Assembly: GCA_964199315.1 (NCBI GenBank)
Contig: OZ116705.1
Span: 5,332,001-5,396,000 of the forward strand
Origin: Orbicella franksi
Taxonomy: Eukaryota
Direction: 5' to 3'
DNA length: 64,000 nucleotides
Shown here piece after piece: positions 23,901-33,700 of this stretch (within the stretch, counting starts at the first letter, position 1; each line of letters begins with the position of its first letter). Both the position numbers and the translations under genes were made by a program. The notes under the pieces were generated by a model. That model ran no database searches, was not told the origin of the DNA, and saw only the letters and a list, made by a program, of their open reading frames with translations.

Positions 23901-26900
23901 TTCAGTTCGTTGTTGTCTTTGTCATTGTTTAGGCCATACTCCGACCAGCAGCTCATCTGTGGACCCGTTGCGAACCGTTTTACCGACTGAATTCCTGGTT
24001 TAAAAAGGGTTTGTTGGCGGCTTGGGTTTAACGTTTGCGTGAGCATAACAGGACATTTTTGACATCATCTAATAGCCTGTTAGTGTTAACAAATTGCTAC
24101 AGTAGTTTAACTGTACCGGTAAGTTCAGCCAAACTGGATAAGGGCAGAGAAGATTGTAACGGGGAAACCAGGTTTCACACAAAATAGGAAATTTGTATTT
24201 TCTCTGAGTGTTATTTTTTAAAGTGTAATTTGCAAGGAAGTAATGTGATTTTAAACTACCAAGAACCACTGTCGATTTATTTACAAATGCATGAATTAAT
24301 CACTGTTTGCTTTTTCCGAAATGTCTTATTGATCCAGACAAATTATACGCGTCAAAGTTTTTAAGCTCGTAGGTTGTTTTAGTGAAGAAAGACCATTCTG
24401 TAAAATCTACAGGACTGGTGTTTTACCGCTGAAATAGCGCCGTTTGCTCGTCAAGTGTTGAATAGAAATACAACTGAAGTCTGTATCCCAGCAACTGAAA
24501 AACAGATACAAAATGTCAGGTTTACTTAGCTCGTCATACTGCCCTTTTAACATGCAATATCGATTGATGTTATTTTACAGGGAATAGCATCCCGCGGCAA
24601 TATTTCTCGTGTTTACACGGAGGAAACTTGGAAATTTTAGTTTTGTTCAAAATGTCCCCGACCAAGAATGAGTGATGTGTCTCAGTTTTAAATTTATTGC
24701 TTTCTCTGGAGCTAGACCGAAGTGTCACCCAGTGCGGGGCACGAATCAGTTGTTAATATTATGTTTTAATTAGTTTAGGCGGGTTTTCCCAGCGCTCGCA
24801 GGTGTGCACTGACCTCGTTTCCAGTAACTCTCTTCCCGCTCTGCCTCGCTTTAGGAAACGAACCCTGGGAACGAATTTGGGAGCGCGCGTGCTTCAGAGT
24901 TCTTTGGTTTTGAAATTCACTATTTTGGTATTTTTTTGTGGAGCCGTCTTTTCGGCGAGATTTTGGGAGGTGAAGAACTGGGAGTTCAAAAACAAGTTTT
25001 TTTTTGCCTTGTGCTATTTGACAAAGGGTACTTCTGTGTTTCAAAAAGTGTTTTGAGGGAGTTATTTTTGTGAGGGATGATTCTGTGACCTTTGTTTGGT
25101 CATCCCATAGTCAGTAGAGGGAAATGGTTATGAAACCTGGCAAAGTTCTTTGTTGTATGTTTTTGTTGGCTATTTTGGCTTTGAAACTGCACAAAACGTG
25201 GTAAAATACAAAAAGGTGGTTATGTGTGCTGAAACAGCTAACCAATAGAAGCTTTGCGACTTTGTAATTCTTGCATTTGATAGTCAGTGAGTACAAAACA
25301 AAAGATGTGCAGGGTCAAGGACCTTCAGACATAAATCTTAGCCTGTTTGTTTGCTTCTTTGATGTTTACCGGGCTTCTTAACTATTTCTCTCTATCAGCT
25401 ATTGTCATCCTTGTCTCTGTGTGTCTTAAGGGCCTCCTTACACTTAAGTGAAGCTTACCTGATCTCTGTTTGTCTCCCCAGTCCTTGGATGCCTCCAGGA
25501 ATAAAACTTGGAAACGAGGGTCACCTGGGTGATTTTATCGATGGCCTGGGTCCGGCTCAGATTGTAGGACGGCAAGTCCTCGCCTCACCCTCCATGGGGG
25601 ACATTCAACTAGCGCTGTATAACAGAAAAGGAATGTTAGAAGTGGAGGTTATACGAGCCAAGGGTTTGTTACCAAAACCTGGCTCAAAAATTCTACCAGG
25701 TAAGCTAAGCATGGCTAAATGGTTTATTTAATTGAATATATAATGCACGAGTGCGCCCGCGTGGAATTCGCGCGTATCTTGCGCATCTTATAAAACATGC
25801 CTCTTCGAACGAGCGCTTTATGTCAGCTCTCCGCGGACCAGTATTTTTATGGTGGATTTAAAGAGGTTCACATTATGATCTATACTTTTACAACGGTTTC
25901 TGTTAGCTGTAGATGTAAATTCCCGAAATGTAGGCAGCGTGATCGTGGCTTAGGGCGCTGGATTGTTTTTAGCAGTGGATGTATGTGCGCGAAATGTAGT
26001 CAGCGTAGCCAGGTGGTTCAGGACCTTGTTCTTGTAATCCCATGGTCCTGAATTTAAGCTAACCATCTTGTTGCTGGCCGGGCTCGTTCGTCGTAGGGTA
26101 ACTTGTCGAAACTTTAACCCCTGTTAGCTGTTAACTGGACTGCTTTATTGACTGCTATTTAGAATTTGATGCTAGCTAAAAAATAATTCTGCTCAGAATC
26201 TACAAATTGCTTTTCCCACACGTCTACCACAACAATATGTCAAGCATTCAACAGTGGACTCCTTTGATGGCGAGGCATGAAGCCCCATCTTCTTCCCAGC
26301 ATCTTTTATCTACTATGTCGTACCCCTAATGTGCCACAAGCTTAATTATTTTAAATGTGCCATCTGTTTTTAGCGCCCTATGTAAAAGTGTATGTGATGG
26401 AAGGCAAGCGCTGCTTGGTAAAGAAGAAAACTCGAACGGCGAGAAGAACTTTAGAACCTTTATATCAGCAACAATTAGAGTTCAAGGTAGAATTCACTGG
26501 CAAGACACTTCAGGTAAATAGAGAATTTGCGTTGGCGCTTTTCCTCCCGGGGAAACGTGATCGAGTGATCAGGGCGCGGTTCTTTAGATCAGCTGGGCTG
26601 GAGTCCAAATTGTTCTCTCTGATGAGAAGCGAGAACCGTAACATGGCAATCCTGAGTTTAGCTTAGCTTATTTCTTTTGCTACCAACATTCACTTTGCAA
26701 GCTTCATCATCGCCATCATCATTTATATGCCACAAAGTATTGACGGGCAAGTTTGTTGCTACAAATTCTTCACCCCTGTCCATGAAGCCACTGGAGCAGG
26801 AATGATCAACATTTGTGCCGACTGGTAGGTAGCACAGCTTTCTTCCCATGTTTCGTATTTGAAACAGCGGGAATCACGACCCCCTGGTTGCCAGCGTGAA

Positions 26901-27361
26901 GCCTTAGGGACCTGGAAAGGAGAACGATGCACCATACGAGAGAGGTCTGGGTACTAAGCAGTACGAGATAGGTTCAGAGATGCTAAACGTTCCAAGAACG
27001 CCTTTTTGCTTTACTAACACCTTTTATGTCTCTGTTGCAGGTGATTGTTTGGGGAGATTATGGACGTATGGACCGTAAAGTCTTCATGGGTGTTGTCCAA
27101 ATTTTACTCGACGAGTTAGACCTTAGTAACCTAGTTATCGGTTGGTACAAACTGTTTTCTACTTCATCCATGTGCGACCCACCCCTCCCATCATCTTCCT
27201 CCCCTCTCGGTGGCTCACCGAAAAAATCCCCTGGACCCTCCCCACGGTCGTCAATGAATCAAGGCGTGGCCAGTCCAATGCGAGGGGCTTCACCTCTACC
27301 CACCATCATACCGCCACCAGGCCACATGCATAATATGGACGAGGAGGGGGACTATGTATGA
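970..27361 (+). CDS. RIMS: RIM / UNC-10 (regulating synaptic membrane exocytosis) active-zone scaffold, multi-exon, 5'-partial
   Basis: Exons: 970-2982, 4617-4853, 7494-7587, 8498-8623, 9632-9764, 10827-11119, 11563-11681, 11949-12079, 12496-12586, 12709-12780, 13483-13654, 14217-14396, 15189-15482, 16333-16614, 18219-18386, 20030-20240, 25482-25699, 26374-26513, 27041-27361. They total 5295 nt in one open frame and all intron phases match. Recognisable RIM motifs: end of Zn finger VSWVCLVCQKKQEMLTKTGNWF, PDZ YGLKVVGGKMT, C2A, and C2B FIDGLGPAQIVGRQVLASPSMGDIQ...VIVWGDYGRMDRKVFMG. Confidence 0.93.
6739..7031. mobile_element. MITE-like repeat, family A
   Basis: Degenerate TIRs (TAGAGCG..TGTCGAAA / CGACACTCAATT..GCTC). 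Internal homology to 48318-48593 and 58373-58653. Confidence 0.75.
7494..9764 (+). CDS. RIMS: RIM PDZ-domain exons (7494-7587, 8498-8623, 9632-9764)
   Basis: Spliced translation TFVKWSSPDEDNKCLGEVLLT...DPYAAYGLKVVGGKMTDDGKLGAFVTEIRKGGPADRQAQLQIGDEIQDWNEQSL...LHLIVCR matches the RIM PDZ as I know it. Confidence 0.9.
8094..8358 (+). mobile_element. tRNA-derived SINE, family B
   Basis: tRNA-like head plus core CTTGGGCAAG..ACTCTCACAGTG..CCAGGTGTATAAATGGGTAC. Closely similar copy at 52358-52649. Confidence 0.85.
8670..9135. repeat. Interspersed repeat interrupted by the 8720-8982 SINE
   Basis: The flanks ...GGAAAATACACCACTCG..AATTCATA | CGAAACTACATCCGGGAC... read as one element once the SINE is removed. 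I recognise the family from memory only. Confidence 0.45.
8720..8982 (+). mobile_element. tRNA-derived SINE (different family) with (CATTTAA)n tail, nested in another repeat
   Basis: A box TGGCCGAGTGG, B box GGTTCAAGTCC, short tandem tail, CATA at both flanks. Confidence 0.7.
9350..9580 (-). repeat. tRNA-derived interspersed repeat containing a 72-nt pseudo-tRNA (9405-9476)
   Basis: Perfect acceptor stem GGCTTGA/TCAAGCC, D arm and T arm present, anticodon stem mismatched. A related flank fragment lies near 10580-10615. Confidence 0.7.
10009..10190 (+). mobile_element. Penelope-like retroelement terminal fragment
   Basis: CTCTGAA.ATGACTTCCGCT.AGGTTGTCGAAACGT..GTCACC..AACAGTTCTTTTCAGAACTAC resembles Penelope-type termini. 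Includes a small internal duplication of GGTTGTC.AAACGT. Confidence 0.55.
11949..13654 (+). CDS. RIMS: RIM C2A-domain exons (11949-12079, 12496-12586, 12709-12780, 13483-13654)
   Basis: Spliced translation LKLFYDEDASNLNVTVVGAESLAPKETTTPPNPYVRIYFLPDKSMQSKRRTKTAMKSTNPKWNQTFVY...LEVTVWDYDKVGSSEFIGEVVLHMAEANLDGNGYWYPL. Requires one GC-AG intron. Confidence 0.88.
12140..12360. repeat. Partial family A element with tandem TTTTCCCGCGCTTG units
   Basis: About 5 degenerate CCCGCGCTTG units followed by GATTGGTTCATTG..GTGATTGGCCAG as in family A. Confidence 0.6.
12927..13020 (+). repeat. Repeat head shared with 25113-25205
   Basis: AGAGGG.AATGGTTATGAAACC...AAGTTCTTTGTTGTATGTTTTTGTT...GCACAAAAC occurs in two RIM introns. 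Confidence 0.7.
13805..14008. mobile_element. Foldback MITE, near-perfect 204-bp palindrome
   Basis: Perfect 27-bp TIR AGACTGCGAGCAGTCTCTCTTTTCCTC, with complementarity continuing to the centre (GCGGCGA..TCGCCGC). Confidence 0.85.
14095..14222 (+). repeat. Three tandem 42-bp copies spanning a RIM splice acceptor
   Basis: Unit TTTAAACCAGTTTGACCT......TATTTGTTCCTCAG. AG at 14131-32, 14173-74 and 14215-16. Confidence 0.9.
18541..18870. repeat. Degenerate minisatellite (GGCGGGAAAA.. units, about 25-30 bp)
   Basis: About 12 units alternating CATGTCGC.TG..CTAAAA and CGAACCTGTCGCTAA variants. Confidence 0.8.
22369..22467 (+). CDS. RIMS: Candidate optional or alternative first exon of RIM (99 nt, phase 2 to 2)
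   Basis: CACAG acceptor, CAG|GTACGA donor, open in the RIM frame. Internal ATG at 22409 gives MSRIEQVVRSVTTHLFAPVS joined to the C2B exons. Confidence 0.45.
25113..25205 (+). repeat. Second copy of the 12927-13020 repeat head
   Basis: Direct similarity to 12927-13020. Confidence 0.7.
25482..27361 (+). CDS. RIMS: RIM C2B-domain and terminal exons (25482-25699, 26374-26513, 27041-27361)
   Basis: Highly RIM-specific C2B sequence: LEVEVIRAKGL, APYVKVYVMEGKRCLVKKKTRTARRTLEPLYQQQL, LSNLVIGWYKLF. Stop TGA at 27359-27361. Confidence 0.95.
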
Positions 27362-28211
27362 GTTAGACAATTGTTATTACAAAACGCTCTGGATTCTGCC
27401 TGGAGTCTGCTCGAGAGGAATTCTGGGAATTCGACTTAAAAAATTGACACAATGGCAAGCTCGCTTGGACGAGGAGAGCTTACTAAAGAATATACGATAG
27501 AGAATGTTTTTGACTTCGGAAACGCTTCAGCTGAGAGACTGGATATTATCCATTTAAAACAGTGAAAGACTATGTTCTAGATTCTGCCGGACGACAGGAT
27601 GCGCTCGGCCCAGGCTGCCAGCTGATTCATTATAATATGAACAACGCAATGATACGGACGAGGACTAGTTAATTAACGACTTCCTTAACTTGAAATTTAA
27701 GAGCAACTAAGAGAGGAAACATGGGGAACTAAATAACGTGATAAGCGACACGAACGTAAAATGGTTATTCTGAGATATCAAATCGCTCCATCGCCGAGTC
27801 TTGTTCCAGTAACTTTGGTAATATTAAGTCAAATTTATTTGAGAATTTAAGGAAAGGGGGCAGGTTCTTCTGGTCAGATATTAAGACGAATGAAAGCGTT
27901 ATTGATTGATTGAACGCGAAGCATTGTTTAGTTGTGCTTTACTACTTTTTAAACACAGCGGGAACCGCGCTATGTAATTAGTCAGAAAGTGTAGGCCATT
28001 GGGTTAGTGTTGTTGATCAAGGTATCAATGATAAACTCGCGACTGCGCTGTTAGAAGCATAGATGACCTGAAGCTCTGTTTAGGTGACTATGATTTACAA
28101 TCAAACTGAAGGAATACTCTTTTAGAAACCAATTCTGCAAGAGTTTAGCTGGTAGAGATACGTCCCTAAATAGACTGAGGTCTTCAAGTAATCGGTGGTA
28201 AGTCCATCGAA

Positions 28212-28217
28212 AATAAA
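28212..28217 (+). promoter_or_regulatory. Possible polyadenylation signal of RIM
   Basis: AATAAA about 850 nt after the RIM stop. Motif only. Confidence 0.25.
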
Positions 28218-28697
28218 ATAAAAGAAAAATATATAAAATTGCGTCCCCAACTCCCACCCCAGCCCCATGAAGAAGACTTTGTGGCTAGGAAAACAGAACT
28301 TTACAATTTTAGTTTAAAAAAAAAAGAGAATTGGAATCATTTTATTTAAACAGCATTTGGCTATTATCGACCGATGTAAGGATACATAAGGAGATAAAAG
28401 GATGTAGATGTATTAAGATTAATTTAACTTATCTCAACACAAGCTTTTGTTGCTGGCAATTTCGACAAGAGTAAGTTTCTTTCCATTAAAGAGAGTGTCA
28501 TATTTATTTATAAGGAAAGATTTATTTAGAAACTTAGAGAAAATACTATATAGGATTGCATTACTGTTGTGCAAATATTAAGTATTTATTGCTATTATTT
28601 AAATGTCGGGAATTTAATTCTTTTCAAAGGAACTAGTATTTATGCTCTCTATAAAGCTTTAAGTAGAACTTACGCAAGAAGTGAAATAAATTTTAGA

Positions 28698-28950
28698 GGC
28701 CCTGACGAGCAGTTTGTTTATGCCTGGTTGTAGCGCTCGCCTCCCACCTATCTGGCACGGGTTCGATTCCGGCGCGGTGCCATATGTGGGCTGTGTTTGT
28801 TGTTGGTTCTCGCCTTGCTCCGAGGGTTTTTCTCCGTATTCTCCGGTTTTCCTCCCTCCACAAAAACCAACATCTCCAAATTCCAATTCGACCAGGATAG
28901 AGGACCCGCGTAAAAACCAGCTAAGGCTGATGCGACTTCTCGAAATGTAT
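28698..28950 (+). mobile_element. tRNA-derived SINE with V-domain-like core
   Basis: B box GGTTCGATTCC and core TTTCTCCG.A.TCTCCGGTTTTCCTCCC typical of V-SINE-type elements. Confidence 0.65.
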
Positions 28951-28951
28951 A

Positions 28952-29255
28952 TGGGTCATTGACCAAGTGTGAGGTCAAGATGGCTGGATATTGGCCAAGT
29001 TTTTGCGTGTTTATGGACCGAGACGGAGTCGAGGTCCATAAACTCGCAAAAAAAGAACGAGACCAATATCAAGCCATCTTGACCGAACAAGCTTGGTCAA
29101 TAAAGGATTTATTATATGGGTTTCGAGGAAATTTTTCTTGTGGGACACGGCGGGTAGTCCCGAGCGGGCAAAATAGCTCCATCTTGCCCGCTCTTGTAGC
29201 CAACCACAGCGCAGGATTTGATTCATCTTGCCCGCTCACGGAGCTAACCAAATAA
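28952..29255. repeat. Interspersed repeat with a long internal hairpin
   Basis: TTGACCAAG..GGTCAAGATGGCTGGATATTGG...GTTTATGGACC / GGTCCATAAAC...CCAATATC.AGCCATCTTGACC..CTTGGTCAA form inverted arms over about 145 nt. Confidence 0.75.
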
Positions 29256-30710
29256 TGTAATTTATCGTATTTAAAAATAATAAATAAACCTTGTGGTTAA
29301 ACCTTTTTTTTATTGGAAACAAAGACCTACCTAGTGGCACATGTCTTGAGCTATTCGTAATAACATAAAATGATAATTTAGGCGCAGAAATGAAGCGTAA
29401 ACCGTTTTGCAACTTCAAATGCAAGATCAAACTCTGTGCATTTGTTGTGTTTTAAGTTACTAAACCGCATTTTATAAACTATTCCCCTACTCTATATGTA
29501 CCATAAGTTAATAAAATGATTCTATCCGAGTTACTTCAGTAAAAATCAATGATAATGTCGGCGTAACGGGGTATTACCCTGCCGCATAGACTTCGTGACG
29601 TGACAAGTTACTTCAAAGTAGTGAATATCACATTTTCTCTCCCGAGTAAATATCGATGCGTGTCAGCTATATGACACCACTTCCCTTCGTCTTCTTTAAG
29701 GTCATAATATGCCCCAGGTTATAGCATGCATTGACAAAAGATTAAACAGCAAAAGAGAGAGACTATCCCATATTGCGCTCGTTATTTGATAATTTAACAA
29801 ATAATTCTCGTACACATTCAGAATGCGAATACCAGCTTGTTCTCAGAGCGCTAAAAATGAACATAATGCGCTGATCATATTTTACGAATTACTGCTACGA
29901 GTTAAAGAAATTTCCACTCTTTGCGTTATAGGCTCTTGTCAGACTCGGTTTGAGATTATTTTCGGCCATTTTCAAGAAGGTGCAACACCGCTAGATATAT
30001 AAAGTCCCTGTCTAAAAACTCGATGCTGAATCTTTTTTCTTCGCCTTATGTAAAAACAATGTTGCGGATTAGCTCGGCTATTGTTACGCAATTGAAAAGA
30101 TTGCTTTTTAACTATTCATATCAAAGTTCACTAACTATTCATATCAAAGTTCAAAGAATGCATGGTCGCACCTATTTCAAAACAGCGGAAAAAGCCACAA
30201 ATCCACCCAATTACACATCTTCTAAATCTTTACAAGAAAAGCCAGCCAGCAGTCATTAAGTAATGCGTGATTACCGCTTACGTTTTGTTAGATGATTGAA
30301 AATGAGCAAAGAACGACAAATTGATTAAAAAATACGTTTAAATTACATAAAAAAAGCAATATTCGTATGAAATGGACTTACTCCGCGTTTTTAACTTCTC
30401 TATGCTGGAATGACTAACGAGAGCTTGTTAAAATGTTTGACTTATTGCCTTTTGTTATAAAATTAGTTTAAAAAATGAATAAAAACTAAATTGCAGAAAC
30501 ATTAAAGGAAGTTTACAAGAAGTAAAAAAGTTGTTACTGCTTACTTGGAAACCTTAAATTTGCGAATCCTAATTATACGCGCTGTTGTAATAGGCCCGTC
30601 AACTACGATAGCAAAAGCTTAAGTTGTTTACATAACTAACACAAACGAAGCAGTGAAAGTGCAGAGCATTGCTACAGTGTGCCACGTCACCCGCTCACGC
30701 CCAGTCTCTC

Positions 30711-33700
30711 TCAGACGAGCTGTTTATTATCTTCACTAGAGGTCCTGGCGTACACAGCCCGAGCAGCATTCTGGGGAGTATGATGACGCTTGTATATCAC
30801 AGCCAAAGCCACGATCAAAACCAAAACTACCACGCCCAAGACACCAGCGACTGCAGCAATAATGGTCAGCGAGTCCACAGACTTTCGTTCTGGAAAGTAA
30901 AAAATGCAACTTAATGAGCTTTAAAGGCAGAATTGGCTATTGTCTCAGAGGGCCACAAGTTCATCAGTTTTTTAACTATTGTCATCGTCTTTAAATAAAG
31001 TTTGATTCCATTTGATTTGATTTTTATAGCCGGGAATAACAAACGATTTTTAACATAAAGCTAGGAGGGTTTACATGATGCCACGTGGCCATTCTGTATT
31101 CCCAAACAACATTTCCTCTCCTTTGAGAAATGAGTTTTTTTCGTCTGAAAACATTTCCTATCGGTATACCAAACTGGCCGCCATAAAAACGCTTCACAAG
31201 TTTCGAAAATTTTACACTTATCAAATGCACTTACAAACGCGCGAAATCACGCACTTATAATTCACGTAAGAGCGTGATGAGCATTCACGCACGTGCTCAC
31301 TTAGTATTCGCACACGAGCGCTCTTGCTTAGTCACGCACGCGAACGCTCCGGCTCACTGACTCTCACCCTCTTGTGCTGGTTCATCATCAACTTTTTTAT
31401 ACACTGGTCCAACAGTAACGGTCTCCTGTCCGATACTATCCAGTACTAGGCTACGTCTCCTCCTCTTGGAACCGTTGTCTTCTACGCAGCCCTGAGCACA
31501 GCGGGAGGAGTTATCTCCCTTGCGGCAGGCTTCCACTGCGCAGTGGAGGTACACCACAGCATCCGCACTTACACCCATGAACCGGAATGCGTCTAAGCTG
31601 AACTGCTGCACAGCACTCTCTTCGTAGTCATACACCAATGTCGCATCTTCGTTGCACCTGTGAATAAGAGACAGAAAAGAAAAATTTGAGGGTAGAATAC
31701 AGAGCAACAACATAAAGACAGTGTAAGTCGCAACGGAGAACCGATGGAGACTTGAGAAAATATATTCGGTCTGCATTTGAGTCATTTGAAATCAATGGTT
31801 CAATAGAGTTTGGGGCATAACCCTTGTTAAGGCAACATGACGCCACAAAGGAGCAATCATCTCTCCCCCACCCCCCCCCCCTCCCTAGATGGAATGCTTG
31901 TCCGCCGCAGGTTGCCCATGGCTAGCTCCATTGTCAAATGCAGACTTCATTGCTTTGCGCTATCATTTGTCTTCTTTTTTCCTATTTTTATCAGAGTTGT
32001 CAATCTAGTGTAGTAGTCTAAGATTAATGTGTGGTAAGGTACAGTCGAGGTTTACCAATGCTTAGACTTCCCACAAGTTGACCTCGTGAGTTTCTGGGTA
32101 GAATAGCTAGGCGAGCGGAGCGAGAGGTGCCAGGTTTTAGGCCGCAAGTCGCTAAGCGGCCGACGAAGTTGCGAGAGGTCCAGCGAGTCATGAAGAGTCC
32201 ATGAGTATACAAGATGAGGACTTTCTGAAAGTCTAACCAATTCCTTACCCGTCTTCGATGAAAGCAAACGATTTGTCGTCTTCCGGGTCTGAACTGGGCG
32301 TGGCCCAACATTTATCGGGAAACAAAACCAACTTGGAGTCATTGGACAGGACCTTTACTTCCAGGTACATTTTTTCATTCAGGTCCTTTTGTACGGGGTA
32401 GGTGTCGTATGGAGTGTCATATTCGACCGTGGGGTACATTTCCATCATGAAGGTAAAGTTACCAAACTCAGCTGCAAAGGTCAAATAAAACATATTTCAT
32501 TCATTGCTTTTTTAGCACTGGTTTGAAGATAAGATCTCTCAAACAGAGCCTACTCCTGTCATTATGCCAGATTTTCTCAATAGTAAGCCGTTACTATTTA
32601 TGCTCTTTCCCAGCCCTTTCCCATGATAACTGAGCCAGCGTGCCAGTCATACGATCGTGCTCGTATGACTGGCAAAACACAGCTCAATTATTTTCAGCCT
32701 ATGATTTAAACTTTCCAAATAAACATGACTTTCCACTGTCTTAACAGTGGTCGTTTTACTTTCAGGGTCAATGCGCAGGCCCAAAAGGGCAAAAACATTT
32801 AAACGGCACAAATGGCCGATTCTTCCTATGAGACGCCTGCAGGAAATCATGGTAGCTGTATTCATCAAAACAAATATCCAGTCCAAGATGATGAATACAA
32901 CTACCATGATCCCCTGCAGGCGCCTCTCACAGAGGGAATTGGGGATTGGGCCCGGACTCCGCTCGTTACCTGTTCTGGTGTAGATGACTTTTTCCCGCGG
33001 AGAAAAACTCGCGACCGACAAAATGGCAGACCGTGGATAAGTACACTTGAATGGAAACTCCGCCTGGAACTCTCTGGAGATCAAGATGCTGCCTTGACTA
33101 GCTCGAGTCTCAGCTATTATGCTGTTGGCGTAAGTGATGGTATCTTCTGCAGTGGTATGGTTGGTCATACAGCCGTCCAGTGGCACTTCCATCCTCAAGT
33201 GAGTTCCGTTGAAGTCTCCCAGGTCAGCTAATTTGCAGTTGACGTCTTTCAGGGTGATACTATCCATGTCCAGGTTGGGATGCTTAGTGTGCTCCAGGTA
33301 AACCATCATATACTCGTAGGTGCACACCACAGATAGGGCTGTCAAGAAACAACGAATGAATGTACTAATAAACGACAGATATCCCAGATCTCAGTGTGCA
33401 TGCAGTTAATGACAAAATGTAAAGATTTGTATTGAACTTTGCGACTTGTATCCATATGTAACAAAAAATGATAACATTAAGTCAGTCAGTGTGTACGTCA
33501 GTCAGTCAGTCAGTCAGTGATCAGTTTTCGACCCGTCATTTAGTAAGTGAGTTAGTTAGTGAGTCGGTCCGTCCATCTCGGTCCGTCCATCAGTCAATGA
33601 CTCAGTCAGTCAGTCCGTCAGTCAGTCACTTAGTCAGTCAGTGAGTTCGTCCGTCACTTAGTCAGTCAGTCGGTCGGTCAGCTTACTCAAAATATCACCA

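Noticed and set aside
28659-29255. Cluster of overlapping 60-100-aa ORFs
   Set aside because: They fall within SINE and palindromic repeats.
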